From Calcarisporiella thermophila CBS 279.70 (lineage: Eukaryota > Fungi > Calcarisporiellomycota), in the NCBI RefSeq assembly GCF_041956535.1, contig NW_027192192.1:183051-247050 (forward strand): a stretch of 64,000 nucleotides of DNA. Reading direction: 5' to 3'. This document shows, piece after piece, positions 51,091-64,000 of the stretch. Made by a program: the position numbers and the translations under genes. Each line of letters begins with the position of its first letter. Within the stretch, counting starts at the first letter, position 1. The notes under the pieces were generated by a model, which did not search any database, was not told the DNA's origin, and was given only the letters and a program-made list of their open reading frames with translations.

Positions 51091-54000
51091 ATGGGAAATA
51101 ATTCATCTCGCACAAAATCTCGGGAGTCAAGTGTGAATAGCCCGCTTACTTCAGAACTGATGGCACGCTATCCTCCCGGACCCCACGGTACATTGTTTAG
51201 TAATGCCTCTACTTCGTGTCTTTCAAGTGGCACGGGTGGAGCGCAGACAGCCCCTCGCTACCCTATGTACCGCCAAGGCTCAGAATCTTCCATTCCGAGC
51301 GGCAGTGGGCGAATTTATCAGCATCAGAATGCTTCGACTGCGAGTATGCCTACCGCAAAACGCAGTCAGCAGTTTGACAAGATTGTAGATATTTCGAAAC
51401 CCACTGAGTTTGAGCATGGAATTCATGTTGAATATAATCCTGAGCTCGGGAAGTATGTGGTGAGTAATTTTTTTTCCTTGACATAGCAGCACCCGTTATC
51501 CTATGTCTTTTGCTCATTTTTTTTGCGCTATGTAGGGACTTCCCGATGTTTGGCAAGACAAGTTGCCTGGTGACGACGTTCTTAATACTAAATATATTAA
51601 TCCTCATCTTGTTCCGACACCATTGCAACAAAGTAAGGCGAAATTATTCATATTTCTGTTTCATAATACATATTAATTCTTGCATGCTATCAATAGGAGC
51701 AGAACCGTTTCGTGGCGAGCTTATAGGCCGACCCTATAATGTGCGGCACGTCGTTCACCTTGAGCCTGAAGACGTCGACGTCAACTCCATCGATTTACCA
51801 CAAGAATGGATGGATTTCCTGAAGTCGTTTGGCGTTACAGAAGAGGCGGTGCAGGCAAACCCTGCTGCCTTTAGAAGCTTACTAGAGCATCGTTCACGAC
51901 TATTGCAGCAGCACGATCCCGCACCACAGCGGCGAAATCAATCTCCTTCTGTCAAGTCTGTTTCGAGTGATACCCTTGCCGAATCCACATCACAAGTATC
52001 CCCACAGACGCCACCCGTTGCAGCTCGCTCTGCCCCCATCGTGACAACAAAATCTCCTCATGCGCCCTCGCAGTCGTCCACAGGCAACCGGCCTCCACAG
52101 ACCGCCACAGCCAGCGGCACCACCACAACAACCTCTGCCCAGAGATCACTTCCACTCTCACCTGCTCCACCCACAACCTCGAGATCCCAGCGCAGCAACC
52201 GTAGCGAAAGGGAGCTCCCACCCCAGCCCCCGCCCCCGTCATTACCACCTCCTCCGAAACCTTTGCCACATCCTACCGCTCCCGGAAACAGACCCCTGCC
52301 TCGAGAGCAACTAGGCCCCACGGTGTCTATCGTGTCCCAACCCCCCAAAGTTCTTCAACGCGCCGCAAGCAAGCGGAAGCCGGTGCCTACCGTGGCCGAT
52401 ATCAACCGCAGAAGATCCTCCTCCGTTCCGGTGACCACCCACCCCGCCCACCCCCCCAGTCGACCCTCCCAATTGCAGGTGGCTGCAGCTGTGCCCAAGA
52501 CGGAAAGACCCTCTGCCCCCCAAAATAAACTTGCTGCGAAAACGGAGGAGGATCGAGCGCAAACGAGTCCACCTGAGAAGTTCCCCGCACCACCTGAGAC
52601 TCGACTGGAGCAAACACCCTTACCCTCGCCGCCACCGTCTGCTGAGAATCTCTTCGGATTAGGTGAAGATGGCCCATTTATTTTGATACAGTGCCTAAGG
52701 TGATTTACGGAATTCAACTTTATGCATCTAGATGGCATGGTAGACCAGGGTGACCCTCAGCGGATGTATGCCAATTTGGTGCAGATTGCAGAGGGAGAAT
52801 CAGGAGGGATGTTTGCTGCCGAGCATTCTCTCACTAACAAGACGGTTCGTGTCAAATTGAACCAACAGTTTCTCATTTTGCAGTTGATTGAACTGCGTGT
52901 TCTCCCCCCTCACTAGGTTGCCATTAAGATTATCCCCAAAACCTCCACGGCTAAGCTCGAAAAAATTCGACACGAGCTCACCATGATGAAAATGAGCCGG
53001 CATCCGAATATTGTGGAGTACATTGCCAGCTATTGGACGGTGGATAGCCTTTGGGTAACCTTCTATGTCAAAGGGTGAATTTTTGTCCACCTGAGTCTAA
53101 CCTTGTACTTGTGTGGGATAGATCGTCATGGAGCGAATGGACATATCGCTGGCCGATATCTTGTCTGTTGCGGATGGCGCAGGGGACATAGCGATGCTAA
53201 TGACGGAGGCTCGAGTCGCCCGAATAACGAGGGATGTGTTGCGAGCGCTGGCCCACTTACATCGGCTAAAGAGGGTCCACCGAGATTTACGGAGCGACAA
53301 TATCTTGTTGAATTCAAGAGGAGAGGTTAAGCTTGGTAATTAGCTCGCTTTTTTTTGGAAAATTGTTCGCACTCTGTTCGAATCCCTCATCCTCCATGTG
53401 TCTATTTTAGCCGATTTTGGCCACTGCGCTCAGTTAACGCAGACGCAGCCGACGCGTTCATCTGTGGTTGGCACACCCTATTGGAGTAACTATCTTAAAT
53501 CTGATTTGATTCTAAACATGGCTCTTGACTGACTCCATGGTTGAATGTTTAGTGGCACCTGAGGTAGTGAAAGGCAACGAATATGACGTGGGGGCCGATA
53601 TTTGGAGTTTGGGAGCTGTTCTTTATGAGATGGTGGATGGGCAACCACCCTACCTGGATTATCCCGCACTCAGGGTGATTCATCGCGCACAACTCTTATT
53701 TGTGTACTTGAACCGGAATTAACTCATCCTGGTTTTTAGGCCCTATTTTTGATCGCCACCAAAGGCATGCCCCGGCCGCGGCGGATGTCTTCTACCGATA
53801 GGTTATCGGAAGATGAGAAACTGTCTGAGGAGTATGTTGATTTCTTTGAACAGTGCACTAAGATAGATTCGCATGATCGGCCTAGTGCAGAAGAGCTATT
53901 GGAGGTAAATACAAGGGATTATCAATGAATAATTGTTTATTTTTTTTGCTCATTCTGATTTTATTTATTAGCATGTTTTCTGCCAGAACGTTGCCTCTTC

Positions 54001-54643
54001 CGTCGACATGCTGCGGTTAGTGGAAGATGTACAACGATTTGAACAAATGCTTGATGAAGGTGTAGATAATGCTGAGAGAGAAGCAGTTGAAGCTGGTGAG
54101 AAGGAAGAGGAAGAGGAGGAGGAGGGGGAAGAAGAAGTCGACCGAGACGGTAATGATATCGATATGGGTCACGATGCTACCGAGAGCGACGGAGCGGATG
54201 TGAGACCGAGTGGAGAGGAGGCCAGGGATAAGGATTTGGTCGGAGAAGATGAGGAGAGTGAGGGGGATGTGAGTGGAGAGGAAGAGAAAGCGGGAGATAA
54301 GGTTGCAGCCGAGGACGAGAAAGACACTCTTGAGGTGGAGAATATTTATGGTTTAGATGACGAGAATGAGGATGCGTATGACGATGAGGACGGGGGGGCG
54401 TACGATGATGAAGATGAGATCTGGATGTCGTATGGGGAGGAGAAGGTAGAGTATGAGGATGAGGTGGAAGAGAAGCGGCAGCTAAAGATGCTCGGACCGA
54501 CTCCTCCTTCCGAGCTTAATCTCCCCAACTCGCCAAGCAGCAATCTAATCCGCCATAGCCTTCAGTCCTATGGTGCCGGGGATAGGAGCCACCTTCTGCG
54601 AAACGAGCGGGCGTATTCGCTCCCGACCTCGATCAAAAGGTGA
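51091..54643 (+). CDS. PAK/Ste20-family kinase with two CRIB motifs and acidic tail, multi-exon
   Basis: ISKPTEFEHGIHV and IGRPYNVRHVVHL CRIBs; Pro-rich linker; VAIK, HPNIV, HRDLRSDN, ADFG, VVGTPYW|MAPE, DIWSLG. Confidence 0.9.
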
Positions 54644-55312
54644 TCCCGCAGCCCCCATCATGTACAAAGATTATCTCTTAAGTGAATGTGAAATGTTTTA
54701 TTTTTTTCTCTCTTCTCTTATTTTATTTTCTCTCATACTCTTATTATACTTATTATATTCGCGTTTTATTTTTTTTTTTTTGTTGAAATAGTCTTGATAC
54801 TCTTTAATCCTTTCTTTTCGATATATATTGTTTGTGAGTCTGGGGAAGACCTGGGGGTGAGAGGTATTAAATTTCGTTTGAGTTTTGCTACCAGAGAGCT
54901 CTCGCTATTTTTGTCCTAACGCTTTCGAGCAAGAGTTTGATTGTGTATCGCTTTCACCCTCCGGAAAGGTTGCGCGGAGCTTGAAAGATGAACTATCTTT
55001 CTCGCAACTTTGTAGCGAACGAGTAAGAGCAAAACCCTTTCCCAGCAACCCAAAACACTGCTCCATGTGTTGATATCCGCACGCCCGCGCCCCTAATCCC
55101 CGTCCCAGATCTATGCTTTCTGCGCCATACCATCCGCCTTCCGATTCCCCCCCTTGTATGCGCCTGCCCGCCCTGCGATATCCGCCGAATTCCCCTTATA
55201 TGTGCTTTGTAGGACCAGCTGGAGGTAGGGCTCGATTCACCCTCGCCCCCCACGTGTTCGATGCCGCTCTAACCCATGATTTGCTTCCCTTCATTAGCCG
55301 ATTAGTGCCGTG

Positions 55313-57814
55313 ATGGAGAAGATATCCAAACGTGTCAGCTCGACGCGTATTCGTAGCCTGCTCAAACCCGATTCTCTTCGCGCCGATGAGCTGAACACCA
55401 GCAACGCCCAGCTCGTTCTCGGTTGCTCCGAATCGCCCATTCCCTCAACCTCCTCAGCTCCCCAATCTTCGCATGCTTCCGCCTCTGCTAATCAACCCCA
55501 TCGCTTCTCCGAAAGCGATAACAATCCCCAAGTTTCCAAATGTTGCGTCCATGAATCTTCGACGATAAAACGCGTATGCTCATGCTCCGATGACGATGAG
55601 GGTGGAGATTCACCGGGCATAAGAGGCAACGACCATCCAATCTTTCCTCTACACATCGCAAGTGCTATTTCAGAGCAGGAGAGTGCTTCGAGTATCCATG
55701 GCTCGGCAGAGGAGCTGCCATTGAAGGGTTACATAGATGCGAGCGAAGTAACCGAGGAGAAGTTTATGCACGAAGTAAAACTGGGTAGGGATGTGGGGAA
55801 GGAAGAGGTAGAAGAGGAAGTGGAGGAAGAAGAACACGAAGAAAGAGAAGAGGAAGAGGAGGAAGTGACCGGAGAAGAGGTGGAAGAAGAGGAGGATTCA
55901 GAAAGAACTGCACCAAAATACAATGGCCATCTCAGCAGCGAACCCCACGAGAACTTGTCATATGGCCACATGTCTCCGTATCAAGAACTAGCTGCCTCCC
56001 CTACAACTACACGCCAGTTTTTTAGAACGTTTACTCTACCGTTCAAGCATACGCGTCGTTCACTGCAACTTATTCGCGGCGCGGATCGCGCAAGCTCCCT
56101 ACCATTCTCAGACACTGTGCCCAACGCATACCCAACGGATGAGGCAACCACAGCGCCCCCCGACATGGCTGAAACAGAAGACAGCGCGTCGCGACGTGAA
56201 TCAACCTCCTCGTTTGTTTCAAACAACATCGTGTCCTCCTGGAACTCTTTCTACTCTAACCGGAAGTCCTGGAAACGAACACGGTCGCTGTTGCCTCACT
56301 CCTCCACTGCGCAGGAGGCTTCAAGTCGACCCAACTCCTACGATAGCAGTAGCCACAGTGAGCCCTCGCTCTCCAATAGCAGCAGTATGCCTATCAGCGA
56401 GTTGACTCTCAACCGGGTGATGCCGTTCGCATCCATGACTGGTTGGCTTCTCACCCTCTCCCCAACCACGTTTAATCTCGGCGGCAAGGCATGGAAACGT
56501 CGCTACTGCGTCCTTTCACAGCGAATCCTCTACATCTACAAGTCACCATCCGACGAACAGACCCCCATTGACCGAATCGACGTGGATTCAGATACCAAGG
56601 TGTTTGTGTGCAACGACTTCCCCGGAAAACTCTATGTGATGCGCATCGTGCGGGCCGTGGATGAACGCACCTCCGTTTTGCAAGCACAGTGTGCCGATGA
56701 TTTGACCATTTGGCTTCGAGAGCTAAAGCAATCCGTGCTGGACAAGAATATAGCTCTGGAAGATCCAGTGCCGGTGCCCACCCTGCCCACAGCTACTCTT
56801 CCCCCGATTCTGCGTCGCACCAAGAGGAAAAACCCCCAGCCAAGCGAGTTGGAATGGTGGGAAGAGAGGAACGAGGATGAGGTGGGAGTGGAGGAGGAGG
56901 TGGAGGAGGAAGAGGAGGAGGGAGGAGCTGAGGCAGAGGAAGAGGTCAGAGGTCGCAACTCGGATGGGACGCAGAGTGAACTTGGCAACAGCACCAACAG
57001 CACCTTGGTTCCGGCCGGAGAGATAAGAGTGAACGGGAATTCAAGCCATACGAAGATATCAGAGAGTGCACACGCTGGAGAAGAGGATGTGGATATCACA
57101 CCTTATGAGTACTTCGAAAGCCATGAGAGCGACGAGGAGCTTCGGCACGTACTGGAAGAGCGGGGGAGGTCCAAGAGTGAAACCCTAAGAATATCGAGAG
57201 ACATAGCGACGCATGGTAGTCGAGAGGTCGTGGGGAAGGAGGTGGCACCCCACCCAATAAGGGAGATTGGAGACAAGCACCAAAGCGAAAAAAGTGCAGA
57301 GAGTGTGTGGGATGACCTAACAATGCCGCGGGTTCGGCGCTCTCTGGATGGCTCCTGGCTGAGTGTCTCGAAAGAGTACCCGAGGCCTCGTAGCGTATGC
57401 GCAGAGACCTTCCTTAACCCGCTCCAATTGGAGCAGGAAAAGCCGGACTCGCGGATGCCGACCTATCTCCGCCCACGACGACCCTCACCCAACCCCAGCC
57501 TCCATCAGCAATATCGTACCATGCGCAAGGCTGTTCCGCCTGCGCCTCCTCCGCCTACATCGCCTCCTCCTCCGCCACCCATTCCTAGCATGCGAATGCC
57601 CGCGATCACCGTTGTACCACCGCTCATCATGCAGCACAATCATCCCTCTTCTTCGCCCTCGCCACCCATGGAACCGAGTACGTCGCCGAGAGCCTCGATA
57701 GCAATTTCCGCCCCCCCTTCATCTGTTGAATTTCCTCCATTGTCCACTCCTCCGGCATCCTCGCCTCTTTATCCTTATCTGGAAGATAGAGAAGAAGGTA
57801 CCATACGATCGTGA
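55313..57814 (+). CDS. PH-domain protein with acidic tracts and Pro-rich tail (single exon)
   Basis: MTGWLL...KAWKRRYCVL...LYIYKS...LQA...DLTIWLRELK PH motifs within an 834-aa ORF; true start uncertain. Confidence 0.8.
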   Translation: MEKISKRVSSTRIRSLLKPDSLRADELNTSNAQLVLGCSESPIPSTSSAPQSSHASASANQPHRFSESDNNPQVSKCCVHESSTIKRVCSCSDDDEGGDSPGIRGNDHPIFPLHIASAISEQESASSIHGSAEELPLKGYIDASEVTEEKFMHEVKLGRDVGKEEVEEEVEEEEHEEREEEEEEVTGEEVEEEEDSERTAPKYNGHLSSEPHENLSYGHMSPYQELAASPTTTRQFFRTFTLPFKHTRRSLQLIRGADRASSLPFSDTVPNAYPTDEATTAPPDMAETEDSASRRESTSSFVSNNIVSSWNSFYSNRKSWKRTRSLLPHSSTAQEASSRPNSYDSSSHSEPSLSNSSSMPISELTLNRVMPFASMTGWLLTLSPTTFNLGGKAWKRRYCVLSQRILYIYKSPSDEQTPIDRIDVDSDTKVFVCNDFPGKLYVMRIVRAVDERTSVLQAQCADDLTIWLRELKQSVLDKNIALEDPVPVPTLPTATLPPILRRTKRKNPQPSELEWWEERNEDEVGVEEEVEEEEEEGGAEAEEEVRGRNSDGTQSELGNSTNSTLVPAGEIRVNGNSSHTKISESAHAGEEDVDITPYEYFESHESDEELRHVLEERGRSKSETLRISRDIATHGSREVVGKEVAPHPIREIGDKHQSEKSAESVWDDLTMPRVRRSLDGSWLSVSKEYPRPRSVCAETFLNPLQLEQEKPDSRMPTYLRPRRPSPNPSLHQQYRTMRKAVPPAPPPPTSPPPPPPIPSMRMPAITVVPPLIMQHNHPSSSPSPPMEPSTSPRASIAISAPPSSVEFPPLSTPPASSPLYPYLEDREEGTIRS

Positions 57815-58544
57815 CCCTATTCTATAATTATGTTTTTTTTTCTTCATCCTCTAATGCCCTTGAAACTTTAATCCCATCATTGTCCGTATTTATCCTGTAT
57901 TGATACGATTTTCTTTTTGTTGTTTTATTTCATTTTTTTTTTCCCCTCTTTTGTCCTATGGTATTTCACATACCCATTTTCTATAGCTTCTTATGCTCTA
58001 CTTTTTCTTTTGCAATTCTAATGACCCCGCTATTTTGATCCTGTTTAATTATCCTGATTTGCCGTGCCGCGATCAGCTTCGGGAATAGGCTCTTTTGCGG
58101 ATTCCCTTTTCCCACCTATTTATTTGTGAAAATGGCTAGATTTCTGTATCTCTACCTTTAATTACTTTATGTTCGATTGAGCTGCGCTCAATTAGTTTAA
58201 TATATTTTATAGTATCTCTGGACGAATCTAACGGATGTCTCTGGAATCCCCTCGCTTGGAGGCTAAGCGCTCTTTCGAATATTCGCCTCCCTGGTTGTTG
58301 AATCTAAGAGAAGTAGATCTAACACAGGGCGCGCTTTTCACTCCCGGAAGCTTGTACACAACCTGCATGCCTCTATATATAGAAATAGTTCATACTGCCT
58401 CTTTACTTTGGGCCAAACTCCAGTCCCAAATCTGCGCCACCATCCCATTCGCACTTCCATTAACTTATCACGAGTGTTTCTAACACTCCTGCCATATTCC
58501 CCTCCCCCCCTCCTCAACGGAGATTCCGTATCCTACTAGAAAAA

Positions 58545-61500
58545 ATGGGTACACAATCCTCCTCTTCCGAGCATCAACTGCAGAACATGCTTGGTTCCTC
58601 CAGGGAATCCGAACTAAGCTCCGATCAGGGCCGATTCCCCACCTCCACCCCCAATAAACGAGCTCGTCTCATGTTCAATGACGAAGCGTCGTCCACTGAA
58701 GCATCGGAGGCGGTGGACACGTCACGTATGGACAAGGATTTCTTATGGTAAGTGGAGCTCCTGCCTGATCTGCAAGAGCTCATCGTCATGGATATCTGTC
58801 TATTTATATGTGATTCTCTTGTTAATCGCACTCAATTTATTTTGTTAGCCCCATCTGTTTGCAGATTATCAAAGAGGCATTTATGACACGTTGTGGGCAT
58901 TCGTATTGGTATATATTCAAAGATTAGGCTCTGGCATCGATTAAAGAATGATATAAATGTATTTTCTAATGCTTAATCCCCTAGCTACCTTTGCATAACC
59001 AAACATCTGGAGCATCGACAAGATTGCCCAACTTGCGGCGCTTCTGTAGTTCGCGAGCAAATATACCCTAACTTTTTACGTAAATAGCTTTTTATTTGAT
59101 CTCCATATGCAAGTTTGTAAGATCGGCAAAACACTTATCTAATATACTTGGCCCTGGGTTAGTGAACCGATTGCTCGAGAAAGCTACTACCACGGCCCAA
59201 CAGCAACAGCAGCGATCATCGGCCTTCTCAAAAATGCGTCAGTTTATTCTGCGGCAAGACCGAGATTGGAGCATGGATGGTGAATATCTATATCATGGCC
59301 ATAAATAAGTGTGCCGTTAAAATTCTCTATTTTCTAGAAATCAACGAGCTTCTGGCGAGCCTACTCGACAAAAAACGGCAGTTAGAGTCGGTGGAGAAGG
59401 AGGAGGTCCTCCAGCTAATGCATGATTTCTTACAAATGTCCAAAACCCAGAAGGAGAAGGTAAATGGACGACCACGATTTATTGGCTTGCTCCAATATTC
59501 TAAGGAAATTCGTACCGCCTCAATATTTAGACAATGGAGAGCTTATACAGAGAACTTCAATGTCTGACTGAAGACCTGAAGAAGACTCAAGAGCAGTTAT
59601 CTAGCTTGGATTCGAGCGTTCGGGATAACCTTAGAAAAGCGGATGATGAGTTGGAGGCAGAAATTGAGGTCGGTGGCGCAAACGAGGTACCCAACGAAGT
59701 TCCCATTACCTCTACAGCATCTCTCATGACCACAGCGGAAGAATCCTCCGCCACAAATGCTGGGAAAAAGCGTGGTTACTCTGTAAGTCCTCGAGTCAGT
59801 TCTCTCTCTTCATTTACTATTACACCCATTTGACTTGTCTTTTCTTTGCTCTCTGTTAGGATATCGAGGTGTATCGGAGCTCTGAAGTTGCTGCGATGCT
59901 AGATAGGTAAGCTTTTTTTTATAGTTTTTCAATTGGCTGACCTTTAATCTATATTATTCGATCTCCAGGGTTGAGGCACAGGGCTATGAGAGCACTCAAC
60001 GCAACAATCGCATTGCTATGAAGAAGGAGAGAATTCGTGAGCATTTTACCGATTTGCAGGATTGCTATTTCCGATATCGCCTCAATGGTGGGTATCATGT
60101 GTGATTTTTCTTCTCTCCCTCTCATGTTTTAACCCATAAGCCTGTCGTGAACCATTAGCACCCATATCCGACAAGCCCTACGAGCTTTTTGCCTCCACCC
60201 TTTCCCGCTTCACCAGTTGCTCACGCCTTTCGGTGCTGAATACATTGCGCTACGGAGACACCACCTCCCTCAGCATCGTCTCCTCAATAGACTTCGATCG
60301 TGACGACGAGTACTTTGCAACAGCGGGTGTGATGAAGAAAATCAAAATATTCGAATTCGCAAATCTGGACGAATCACTCACCGCGTTAGCCGAGCGCGAC
60401 CCCCTGAGGTCCTCCGGCTTCATAACACGCAACCTCTCACGCTCCAGCAGCATGTCGAATCAGCGGTTTATCGACGAGGAGACCCCGTTGATCCATGGCG
60501 GCGAGATTTCGGGTGTAGCAGGAGAGAGCCTAAACGGCCGCACGCGCATGGTGGACACCGTTCTACAACAATATCCGATCCGGGAGATGGTCTGTCGCCA
60601 AAAAATCAGCTGTTTATCCTGGAACTCCTACATCAAATCACACCTGGCCAGCTCTGATTACGAGGGTGTGGTGACGCTCTGGGACGCCCTTTCGGGCACA
60701 AGCCTGCTGACGTTTGACGAGCATGAGCGGCGCACCTGGAGCGTCGATTTCTCAAAGGCAGATCCGACACGGTTAGCGAGTGGAAGCGATGACTCCAAGG
60801 GTTAGTTCGCCTCGATGTCTTCTCCTGGAAGCATGCGTTTTATTAACCCACTTGCTGATTTAGTTAAAATTTGGTCCACCAATCAAAAACACTCGGTGCT
60901 TACTGTCGAGAGCAAAGCCAACATCTGCTGTGTTAAATTCAACCCCAGTAATAATTATAATCTGGCATTTGGCAGTGCCGGTATGGACATTTTATTCTGC
61001 GTTTGTGGGTGTTGATGGTCACAACTTTTTTTTTATCCTAGATCACAACATTCACTACTACGATCTCCGCCAACCGCGTGAGCCATTGAATGTCTTTAAA
61101 GGCCACCGCAAGGCGGTATCTTATGTTCGATTCACTGGGCCAGACGAATTTGTTTCTGCGTAATTTCTCCATTCTCTTTTTCTATTCTACTGTTTGCATT
61201 TTGCTTATAGAGGACCCTCTCTTTGATTAGTTCTACTGATAGCACACTGAAGCTCTGGGATACGCGGGGCAACGCGGACCTCTCTTTACAGCAGCCGCAA
61301 CCGCAATCTTCACAACCACAACCGCAACAGGAACAATATCAGCCTCAGGTTCAATCGTCACCTTGCATCCGCACGCTCACCGGCCACCTTAATGACAAGA
61401 ACTTCGTCGGCCTCTCGACCACCTCGGACTTTATTGCAACGGGGAGCGAGAACAACTCGGTCTACATCTACTACAAGCACCTCACCCACCCGGTGGTTAC

Positions 61501-61657
61501 CCTGCGGTTTGGGAGCGTCAATCCGGTGACCGGGCAAGATGTGCAGGACGTCTCCGACTCCTCGCTGTTTGTAAGCTCGGTCTGCTGGAAGAAAGATTCC
61601 AATGTGTTGTTAGCTGCCAATAGCCAGGGCACCATCAAGGTGCTTAAATTGGAGTAA
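58545..61657 (+). CDS. COP1: COP1 E3 ubiquitin ligase (RING, coiled coil, WD40)
   Basis: DFLC|[20 protein letters not shown]|YLCI..HL...DCPTC RING; [79 protein letters not shown]. Confidence 0.93.
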
Positions 61658-61937
61658 ATGATTGGCCTGCCATTCGTTGAAGTTATATATTCATTTTATT
61701 TTAGCTCTCATTTCATGTATACTTATGGTTGTAATCCGTCGGTGAGGGGAGTTGTCAATAGCTTTTCCATTTCTTTTTTTCTTTATTTCTTATTTGCTTT
61801 TGGATCTTTTAAAGTATGCTTTTTCATGCAACTGTATTTTTTTTTTCCAAAATAAATACTCCTAAAGAGCAAACTCTCTAAGCACATGATTTGTTTTTAT
61901 TCAGATAAGCAAAGAAAAGAAATAATCTAGAGCCATA

Positions 61938-63345
61938 TCATGTTGGTTCCGTGGACGGCACCTCCTCTATCGACGGCGCACTTGCCGCCTGCTCGGGCCT
62001 AGGACTTGAGGTGGGGGCTAGGCTCTCGACCATGGTCATACTATAGGAGGGGTTCGAGATGGGCGTACTGCGCCCCAGCAGATGGTTCAACAGCCCGGTG
62101 ATGGTATAGATGCGACCGCTGTAAGGGACGAACCGGGTGGTCTCGATCACGAGCTGGGAGACGACGGTCAGCTTTTCGCTCACGTTCCGCGTGATATCCG
62201 TCGACCCCAAAGGCACGATTCCGAAGAGGCGAGGCTCGATGGCCAGCTGAGGGAGAGTGAGAGAGTGGACGCGCGGCATCGAAATGCGAGACTGAGAGCT
62301 GAGCGGGGAGGTTGCTGACCAGGTCCAATCAAACACGATCTGGAGGGTGAAGCGGGTGTTGTCTTCGCAGCATGCTAGGGGGAATAGGCAAGGAAAAGTT
62401 AAAACAAGTCGCAATCTATAGGCACAATGAAGGCGGAAGCATACTGTTTACGGCGGTGAATATTGGCGTGCACAGGTTGAAGATGACGCACACTGTGAAG
62501 TGGTAATCGGCAGAGAGCATCTGCGTGACGCCATGAATCTCGAGCCCAAGCTGGGTTTCATCGCTCGAGAGATACCAGGAAGCCGATTTAACGAGAACTA
62601 GCATCGTAGAAACATCTCTTCATTAGTAACATATAAAATAATGCTCGTTCCTGTATCCATCAACACGATAAAGTTGCGCAGGAGCGCACACCCGCAGGTA
62701 CACAACTCTAGACACTATGACCCCCGCTTAGTTTAAGGAACACTTACTTGTGTTGACACCCGCGGCCCAACGCGCCCACATTTGATATAACCATCCGCGC
62801 GCGTCATAGTACAAATAGCTACAATTGCTGTCGATGCACATACAGGGCATGGGCGGGATCGGCCTGGGCTGCATGGAGCAGTTTCCAACGCTGGCCGGCA
62901 TCGACGCCTGTATTTTGGCATTGACATCCGGCAGAATCGATGCGCTGATATTGTTGAGGAGCTGCACAAAGGCCCTGCTTTGATCACGCGTGAACTCTGG
63001 AAGTGTGCAGTTGGCACATGTGTCGGGCGGTGCTTCTGGCAGCATGGGGGGCGGGGGAATGACGCTGGGCTTATAGATAGTGACCGGGACTGAATTGGAG
63101 GGGCTTGAGGAGGGGCTGGCGGGTTCGCTGGTCGAGAGACCAAAACTGGACATGGGAGACGCCGAAACTGTGGGTGCCGAATGCAGGGACAAGGGCTTGT
63201 CATAGTGTGGCTGTTCGTTGAAAAGGGTGGGCACGGAGGGCTGTGGGCTGAGAGCTGGTGAGGCAGACGCAAGGGTTGAAAACAATAATAATAATAGCAG
63301 CGACGCAGCGGTGACGATAAGCACCCGGTATAAGTGCGTCTGCAT
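61938..63345 (-). CDS. Uncharacterised secreted protein (signal peptide, Ser/Pro-rich linker, Cys-containing globular domain), 3 exons
   Basis: MQTHLYRVLIVTAASLLLLLLFSTLASA signal peptide; ORF pieces 62728-63345, 62416-62604 and 61938-62414 join through GT-AG introns. Confidence 0.7.
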
Positions 63346-64000
63346 TTCCCTCTTCGCTTGGAGAGTTTTGTGTGGGTTGGGATAGGATTCATTTCCTCCC
63401 TCAGCTATCAGAGAGAAGAAGCGAAGAATATAACCACCAAGGACCAGGGCAGCAAACAACAACGCAGAAACAAGGAAAAAGAAAAAAGGAGCCAGGCGGA
63501 GCCAAGGGAGGCGAACACTTCGTGCTATGTATAAACAAGGGAAGCAGCAAACATGAATATATTCATCCCCAACGGTTTGGAGGGCCGGTTGACAAACAAA
63601 CAAAAATCCTTATTTTATCGAACGAATTTAGTAACGTCTGGTTTGAAATAATTATTAACAACGAAAAAAATAATTCTCATGGTTGTAATTGAAACTAGTG
63701 GTGTCATTTCTAAAAATACGCATGTATACAGGGGAGGTTACGAAATGCTTGGCAGGACCACTTTCCATTAAGCATAAAAGGCACATTGAAATTATAAGGG
63801 ATTTCCGCATGGTGGCAAAGGATGTCATCAGTTCGATACCAGACCGCCTCGAATACATAAACTGTAGCGGTTCCATAGAACTAAATGAATGAAAGGCCTA
63901 CGTGCTGCGTAACATACTGTAGTGAACATGAAGGTCTTACTAATGAACCATAGGGTCTGCAATAAAGGAGTCCACCCCCTTGGGTCTATTCCCCCTCGGG

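Overview
Intron-rich eukaryotic DNA from an early-diverging fungus, most likely Mucoromycota (inferred from chitin synthase and myosin V occurring together with COP1, RUS/DUF647 and RPAP3 homologues). Two blocks of conserved housekeeping genes (about 1-28 kb and 38.8-64 kb) flank a roughly 10 kb accessory island (about 28.5-38.8 kb) that ends at a tRNA-Leu(CAA) gene. The island holds (i) an intronless VapD/Cas2-like ribonuclease gene of bacterial type, (ii) a head-to-head six-exon orphan gene that the ORF track misses, (iii) a secreted Cys-rich peptide matching the plant MiAMP1 antimicrobial family, and (iv) several co-oriented decayed non-LTR retrotransposon fragments stacked upstream of the tRNA. 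Outside the island, notable genes are a CUE1-like ERAD factor lacking its CUE domain, a probable FANCF homologue, a fungal COP1 and a double-CRIB PAK kinase. All family calls come from motif recognition by eye; no searches were run, and multi-exon coordinates are manual reconstructions.
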